Position numbers and translations under genes: made by a program. From assembly GCF_000196355.1 (NCBI RefSeq), contig NC_007614.1:1770001-1802000 (forward strand): a DNA stretch of 32,000 nt, in the 5' to 3' direction. Position 1 is the first letter of the stretch. Each line of letters opens with the position of its first letter. The notes below the pieces were generated by a model. The model made no database searches and was not told the DNA's origin. It worked only from the letters and a program-made list of their open reading frames with translations. This document shows positions 26,880-32,000 of this stretch, piece by piece. This DNA comes from Nitrosospira multiformis ATCC 25196 (lineage in GTDB: Bacteria; Pseudomonadota; Gammaproteobacteria; Burkholderiales; Nitrosomonadaceae).

Positions 26880-29800
26880 ATGGCGGAACAACAGGATGAG
26901 AAGCCAAAATTGCCGCTTGCCGGAATCCTTGCGCTATTTGCGATGGTCAGCAGCTTTCTCATCTACCAGGAAATCTCGCTCCAGACCTCCCGGCCTCTCA
27001 GCAAGGGAGTCAGTTCCCATGTTTTCATGGAAGAAGGGATTGTCCAGTCGCGGCTCTGGCAGGATCCGTTCGAGGCGGTAGAAGCCTATCAATCGGGTGA
27101 AACGAAAATACCGAAGGAGACGGGCAAGGAAATTGATGAGCCGCATCAACTCGCCCGGCTTGTCGATGTTCTCGCAAAATCCGGCGTCTCCTCCCAGCTT
27201 CGGGTCCTGCCGGTGTTCGTGGACGGAAGCCCATACTCCAGCGGCGCGGAAACCCGGCTCAACGATCGTTACGCGGTGATATCCGCCTTGGGCGCTGCGG
27301 GATACACGCCGGAATCAGGCGAATACATCCGTTTTTTCATCTGGAATCGCGCAGAAGAGAAAAAGCAGAACGAGCAGCAAGAGACGGCAGCAACCCGATC
27401 TGTCGTCATTCCTGCCGAGCTATTCATCCCCAAGGAAAAACTGGAAAGCAAAAAACATGTGCTTGTCATATGGTTGAAAGCGCAGGACTTCGGCCGCAAT
27501 CCGTTTACCTCCTTGAGCGAGTTGATGACGCACCTCGACAGCAACTTCGAGAAATATCAGATAAATCTGACGTATGACGTTCTAGGTCCCCGGTTCTCCA
27601 CTGGCCTGCGCGCAATGGTACAGGAAGTAAAAGACAAGTTAGGCGAAGAGGCAAGGCAATCCGGCGGACAGTGCCCTTCCCCCAACCCGCCATTCGATGC
27701 ATTGAGGAACGTCCGGTTTTATTCACCCTGGGCGACGGCGGAAGACACGTTCCTGCTTGACGATCCGCCCTACCCAGATAAAAGCAAAGCGGAAAAAGAG
27801 GCAGCGGAAGCAATCGACAAACTCTGCAGTTGTCCCGGCAGAACATTCGCCGGCGATGGGGTTGACGGACGAACGGAAACGGCGGGGAATCTGCCGATTG
27901 TGGAGGGCCTGTTTTCGTGCGCAGGTATTAAAAACTTCAGCAGGACGATTGGCACTGATGCAGTACTGGCCGAGCATCTGGTTCAGGAACTGAACCGCCG
28001 TCAGCTCAAGTTGAAGAATTGTTCGGGAACCAAGTTCGGAAAAGATACAAAAGAATCGTGCAAATTCAAGGTGGCGCTGATTTCAGAGTGGGATACGCTG
28101 TATGGACGCGCCCTCCCACGGACCTTTGTGGGGATAGCGTCAAGTGAAACCGGGTCCGGCAAATCCGGCCCCGAGCTGGAGACAGAAATAAATAAGCTGC
28201 GGAGAGACGAATGGCCGGAATGGGTGTCGCATCACTCGTATCTTGCAGGGCTTGACGGCGAACTGCCGGCATCGCAAAGCAGCAAAACGGAAAGCAGGAG
28301 CAACGATAAAGATACAGAAGGTGTTCTGGCCAAAGGCAAGGCATGGTACGAAGGACGGTCGGCGGCGACCAAGGGAAATGCGAACCAAAGGCCCGAGGGC
28401 CGCAGCCAGATTGATTATCTCATCAGACTGGCGGCGGCGCTGAAACAGGAGGAAGCGAAGGATGGGAAATTCAGGGCAATTGGCGTGCTGGGAAGTGATG
28501 TATACGACAAGCTTCTGATCCTTCAAGCACTCCGCCCACAGTTTCCAACCGCCATATTTTTCACGACCGACCTCAACGCCAGGCTTGCCTATCCTGCCCA
28601 GTGGGAATTTACCCACAATCTTGTCATCGCCTCACATTTTGGATTGGAGTTGCAACCCGAACTGCAAATACCCATTCCCCCGTTTAGAGATAGTTATCAG
28701 ACATCCCTGTTCTATGCCGCTTTGATGGCACTCGAACATCTCACCCCTGTTCATGCAGATGAACCGAATTGCCCCAATTGCGTCAAGCTGAACGCAGAAA
28801 TGAACAGGGATGGCAAGCCGGATAATTTTTTTGCAAATACAGGAACGAGGCTGTATGAGATCGGAAGGACCGGAGCATTCGATATCAGCATTGATCCGCA
28901 TGGACCTTCCACAGCTTATGAAAGCATCCATCCGACCCGCCCAGACCTGGATGCCTATTTCGACACGCAACGAAATCTCAGGTGGCTGGCAGAAGCGTTC
29001 GCCGCGATCGTCATTCTCATTCTTGGCATCATACTGATCAGTACCAGGATCGCCGATTTTTTTCATAACCTTGCCATGACCAAATTATTCTGGGCAGGTT
29101 TGGTGGTTGGTGTCGGTGCATGCTACAGCTTGGTCAAATGGGTGCCCTGGAAGGCGCTTGATGTCGCAGGAAGCGAGCCCTTCGTGCTCACAGAAGGGAT
29201 CAGCGCATGGCCAACAGCAGCGATCTGCCTGCTCGCACTGGTCATGAGTCTGCTCTTTTTATGGTATTCGTGGCGGAAGATGAAAAATAACGAAAATGTT
29301 CTGACACACGAACTGGATCTCGAAGATAAAGGTACAAGTTTTACCGATACTTCCCTATGTGATCCCGAAAAAGATGCCCGTTACAAGAGATTTCCATTCA
29401 GGATTTTTTCCCAGGCTATTCGACGCATCCTGGGCCTGCAGATCTGGCGTCCCCAAAGTAGTGACGAGATCGATGCTGTTCGCCTCTGGCGAGAATATGT
29501 CTCCCTCGGCGCTCTGAAAAATTTCGCAACCCGGGGCCTGCCGCAGCTGGTTGTCGCACTAAGTTTCGCCTGGCTGACGATGATGCTGTTCGGCTTTCCA
29601 AATACGCCCTGCCGGGGTTCGGGCTGTTTCCTGATAAGCAATAGCCTCTTCATCATGAGCGGCACGGCGATGATGATACTGATATTTTATGTGGTGGATG
29701 CCACAAGGTTGTGTCGGCGCTGGGTCAATTGCATTGCCACGAATAAAATCCATTGGCCCGCCGGCACACTCGGGAGAATAACCAGCAAGAGCGGCATCAA

Positions 29801-30263
29801 CAAAGAGAATCTGGATGAATGGTTGGGCATCGAACTGATTGCCGAACGCACGACTGTCATCGGCAATTTCGTCTATTTCCCGTTTATCATCGTTGTTCTT
29901 CTAATCATCGGGCGCCATGGTTATATCGATAACTGGGGGTTTCCTGCCTCGCTGGTCATTATCTTCTCCCTCAATGCGATACTCGTTGTCGGGAATGCGC
30001 TGGCGTTGCGAAGATCGGCCGAAAAAGCCCGGCGCGAGGCCATCAGGCGTCTGGAGAGCAGGCTGATCCAGCTATCCGGCCAGGCACCGGAAGAAATAAA
30101 GCAGAGGCAGCAGATCGAGTGGACAATTCACACGATCAAAAATAACAAAAGAGGGGCCTTCCTCCCCTTCACACAGCACCCGATATTCGGGGCGGCGATC
30201 GCATTGCCGTCCGGGGGCTATGGACTTCTACTCCTGCTGGAATATTTTGCCACCGGGCAGTAA
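26880..30263 (+). CDS. Large multi-pass membrane protein of unknown function
   Basis: 1127-aa ORF: N-terminal TM (LPLAGILALFAMVSSFLIYQ), about 680-residue soluble region including GVLGSDVYDKLLILQALRPQFPTAIFFTTDLNARL, then several hydrophobic segments to the C-terminus. Confidence 0.85.
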   Translation: MAEQQDEKPKLPLAGILALFAMVSSFLIYQEISLQTSRPLSKGVSSHVFMEEGIVQSRLWQDPFEAVEAYQSGETKIPKETGKEIDEPHQLARLVDVLAKSGVSSQLRVLPVFVDGSPYSSGAETRLNDRYAVISALGAAGYTPESGEYIRFFIWNRAEEKKQNEQQETAATRSVVIPAELFIPKEKLESKKHVLVIWLKAQDFGRNPFTSLSELMTHLDSNFEKYQINLTYDVLGPRFSTGLRAMVQEVKDKLGEEARQSGGQCPSPNPPFDALRNVRFYSPWATAEDTFLLDDPPYPDKSKAEKEAAEAIDKLCSCPGRTFAGDGVDGRTETAGNLPIVEGLFSCAGIKNFSRTIGTDAVLAEHLVQELNRRQLKLKNCSGTKFGKDTKESCKFKVALISEWDTLYGRALPRTFVGIASSETGSGKSGPELETEINKLRRDEWPEWVSHHSYLAGLDGELPASQSSKTESRSNDKDTEGVLAKGKAWYEGRSAATKGNANQRPEGRSQIDYLIRLAAALKQEEAKDGKFRAIGVLGSDVYDKLLILQALRPQFPTAIFFTTDLNARLAYPAQWEFTHNLVIASHFGLELQPELQIPIPPFRDSYQTSLFYAALMALEHLTPVHADEPNCPNCVKLNAEMNRDGKPDNFFANTGTRLYEIGRTGAFDISIDPHGPSTAYESIHPTRPDLDAYFDTQRNLRWLAEAFAAIVILILGIILISTRIADFFHNLAMTKLFWAGLVVGVGACYSLVKWVPWKALDVAGSEPFVLTEGISAWPTAAICLLALVMSLLFLWYSWRKMKNNENVLTHELDLEDKGTSFTDTSLCDPEKDARYKRFPFRIFSQAIRRILGLQIWRPQSSDEIDAVRLWREYVSLGALKNFATRGLPQLVVALSFAWLTMMLFGFPNTPCRGSGCFLISNSLFIMSGTAMMILIFYVVDATRLCRRWVNCIATNKIHWPAGTLGRITSKSGINKENLDEWLGIELIAERTTVIGNFVYFPFIIVVLLIIGRHGYIDNWGFPASLVIIFSLNAILVVGNALALRRSAEKARREAIRRLESRLIQLSGQAPEEIKQRQQIEWTIHTIKNNKRGAFLPFTQHPIFGAAIALPSGGYGLLLLLEYFATGQ

Positions 30264-30289
30264 TAGCCCTGGGAGCGGGGGGGATGAAG

Positions 30290-30566
30290 TGAGATTCCAT
30301 TGCGGCGTAATACCCTTTTGTCTGAGGGCTGCCCTGAACCAGTCAGCATCATAGCCGCGATCCCCCAGCAACTTTTTTGCCCTGGGCAGGGCAGGCAACA
30401 ACAGGGCCCACCCTTGTAATCGCTCATCTGTCCTTCGGAGAGCAGCAGGGCAACAGGCTTGCCCCTGCCGTCGCACACGGCATGGAGTTTTGAATTCAAG
30501 TCGCCTTTCGTGCGACCGATACGGCGGGGAACATCCCCTTTTTTAAAAGGCTGGCTGCCGTACGGT
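30290..30566 (-). pseudogene. IS5-like transposase fragment, frameshifted and truncated at both ends
   Basis: Minus strand reads HRTAASLLKKGMFP / RRIGRTKGDLNSKLHAVCDGRGKPVALLLSEGQMSDYKG / ALLLPALPRAKKLLGDRGYDADWFRAALRQKGITP across different frames, the familiar IS5-family DDE transposase core. Confidence 0.85.
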
Positions 30567-30783
30567 GATAGATGATAACAACAGGCCCGATCTCGGGGAC
30601 TTCCAGATGGTGGCGATCACCATCCTCACGGTAATCATTTATGCCATATCCGCAATCGAATTCATGGAGAACATCGAATTCCGCCGCGTGGTTACCATGC
30701 CGGACGTGGATGCAACACTGCTGTCAATATTCGGCTTGGGCCAAGCAGCCTATCTCGGCAAGAAAGCCGCCGGCGAGCAGTAG
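30565..30783 (+). pseudogene. Orphan C-terminal fragment of a membrane protein gene
   Basis: ORF DDNNRPDLGDFQMVAITILTVIIYAISAIEFMENIEFRRVVTMPDVDATLLSIFGLGQAAYLGKKAAGEQ looks like the C-terminus of a larger membrane protein; it begins immediately at the transposase-fragment junction. Confidence 0.55.
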
Positions 30784-30932
30784 TTTGATAGCTCCAATAC
30801 ATCCTGCGCAGATTGCTTTTGCGCTACAAGGCGTCTGCATCGCGGCCCTTCCTTTCAGATTTAAGTCGTTCTTGTAAAAGAACTTACTCGTGATTCCGGC
30901 CACGTGCACCTGCCATTTATGAGAAACGCGGG

Positions 30933-32000
30933 CTAAAACCTCCAGTCGAGATTTGCCCGGACACCGTTATCCACGACGTTGCTAAATACTTGTCCGGTGT
31001 AGGCAATGCCCAGGATCGCGTTCTTGCCAACGCTTGCGTCCAGGCCCGCCCCTATGATCATTGCGTCTTTCGCGATGGGAGTGCCTGCAATGCCAAATGC
31101 CGAACCACCACTGAAAGCCACGGACGAGCGGGTTGGAACGCTGTCAAAGGCATGACGCCATCCCAGACTGCCCCGCAGCCTTGTGGTCGTCCCCCCTGCC
31201 GTGGAAAACATGCTCGCCGCATTCATGCCCACCGTACTGTAGGTAACGCCTTCGTTATCCCTGGAACTGCTCAATGCTGCAATGCCTCCCCGTTCCTGGA
31301 AACCCTTGGTGGCGAGATTGACATATGCCACCCCCGCGAAGGGCTCCAGCGAAACGTTCTTGAACGGCAGTTCGTAGCCCAGCTCGCCAAACACTTGGCC
31401 GGTGCGGCCGCGATAATCCCCTTTCGCCTGGTTGTTGAAACCCGGGAAAAGGATATTGCGGTTCGTTTCGAAGTCATGCCAGGTATAGCCGCCGCCAAAA
31501 CGCAGACCGAGGGCATGCCAACGCGTGCCGCCATAAGCCGTTACGTGATAGTTGTCGCTTGAACCTGTTGAAAAGCGTTCGTTCACATTAAAGGACGAAT
31601 TGCTGTAGCCCCCGGCAATCCCCAGACGCAGGAGGTCGGCAACAAGAGTATCGCCTCCCATGAAAAAACCCCCGATGTTCCGATTGATGCGCGCCGCATT
31701 CATATCTCCGCTACGGTGTCCGAAAGAACCGAATGTACGGGTCCAGAATGCGTGGCCAGTTGCTCTGTTTTCTTGCAGGGTTTGCCCCGATGCCCGGGAA
31801 ACAGTCACGCCCGGCCAGCTAAAGGACTGACGCAAGCGATCATTGACCGCTTCGCGCAGGAAACGGCTATCCTCGATCATGACGCCCTTTGCGCTGGCAT
31901 GAAGTTCTCCTGAAAGGCTATCGAAAGCCCGTCTCGCGGCATCCCGATCAGGAAGACCGGTAATCGTGTCGTACAGTGAATGCCCGGAGCCCAGGCTTTC
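30933..32000 (-). CDS. Autotransporter (type V secretion) protein, C-terminal beta-barrel domain; continues past right edge
   Basis: Track ORF 30933..31880 is open further upstream: ESLGSGHSLYDTITGLPDRDAARRAFDSLSGELHASAKGVMIEDSRFLREAVNDRL; then HAFWTRTFGSFG..., barrel repeats, terminal ...GVRANLDWRF. Confidence 0.92.
   Translation of the reverse strand, partial: ESLGSGHSLYDTITGLPDRDAARRAFDSLSGELHASAKGVMIEDSRFLREAVNDRLRQSFSWPGVTVSRASGQTLQENRATGHAFWTRTFGSFGHRSGDMNAARINRNIGGFFMGGDTLVADLLRLGIAGGYSNSSFNVNERFSTGSSDNYHVTAYGGTRWHALGLRFGGGYTWHDFETNRNILFPGFNNQAKGDYRGRTGQVFGELGYELPFKNVSLEPFAGVAYVNLATKGFQERGGIAALSSSRDNEGVTYSTVGMNAASMFSTAGGTTTRLRGSLGWRHAFDSVPTRSSVAFSGGSAFGIAGTPIAKDAMIIGAGLDASVGKNAILGIAYTGQVFSNVVDNGVRANLDWRF

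Noticed and set aside
1-32000. CRISPR arrays, retron-like or phage-like structures
   Set aside because: Reading through the intergenic regions I saw no regularly spaced direct repeats, reverse transcriptase motifs or phage structural genes.

Overview
This 32 kb window looks like chromosome from a beta-proteobacterium; the gene content is reminiscent of a Nitrosospira-type ammonia oxidiser, but that is inference from memory and no search was run. Most of it is recognisable chromosomal genes: partial putA; a Kef-like antiporter overlapping a YbdK-type gamma-glutamyl ligase, followed by a PuuD-like gamma-glutamyl hydrolase; an alaA-hom-thrC cluster; Mth938-like and VOC proteins; an HDAC-family protein; class I fructose-bisphosphate aldolase with crcB and DUF190; and a partial autotransporter at the right edge. 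The most interesting region is 11.2-21.6 kb. It encodes a UrtA/AmiC-like periplasmic-binding protein with an N-terminal membrane anchor, a 1.4k-residue hybrid sensor kinase and a REC-EAL phosphodiesterase in a tight co-directional array. Beyond an HDAC-family gene lies a LapD-like protein whose GGDEF and EAL motifs are both degenerate. Together these could form a small-molecule-to-c-di-GMP signalling module. Other notable items are a 714-aa EF-hand/transmembrane protein, a 1127-aa multi-TM protein of unknown function, and a frameshifted IS5-like transposase remnant abutting an apparently 5'-truncated membrane-protein gene. I saw no CRISPR array, rRNA or tRNA.
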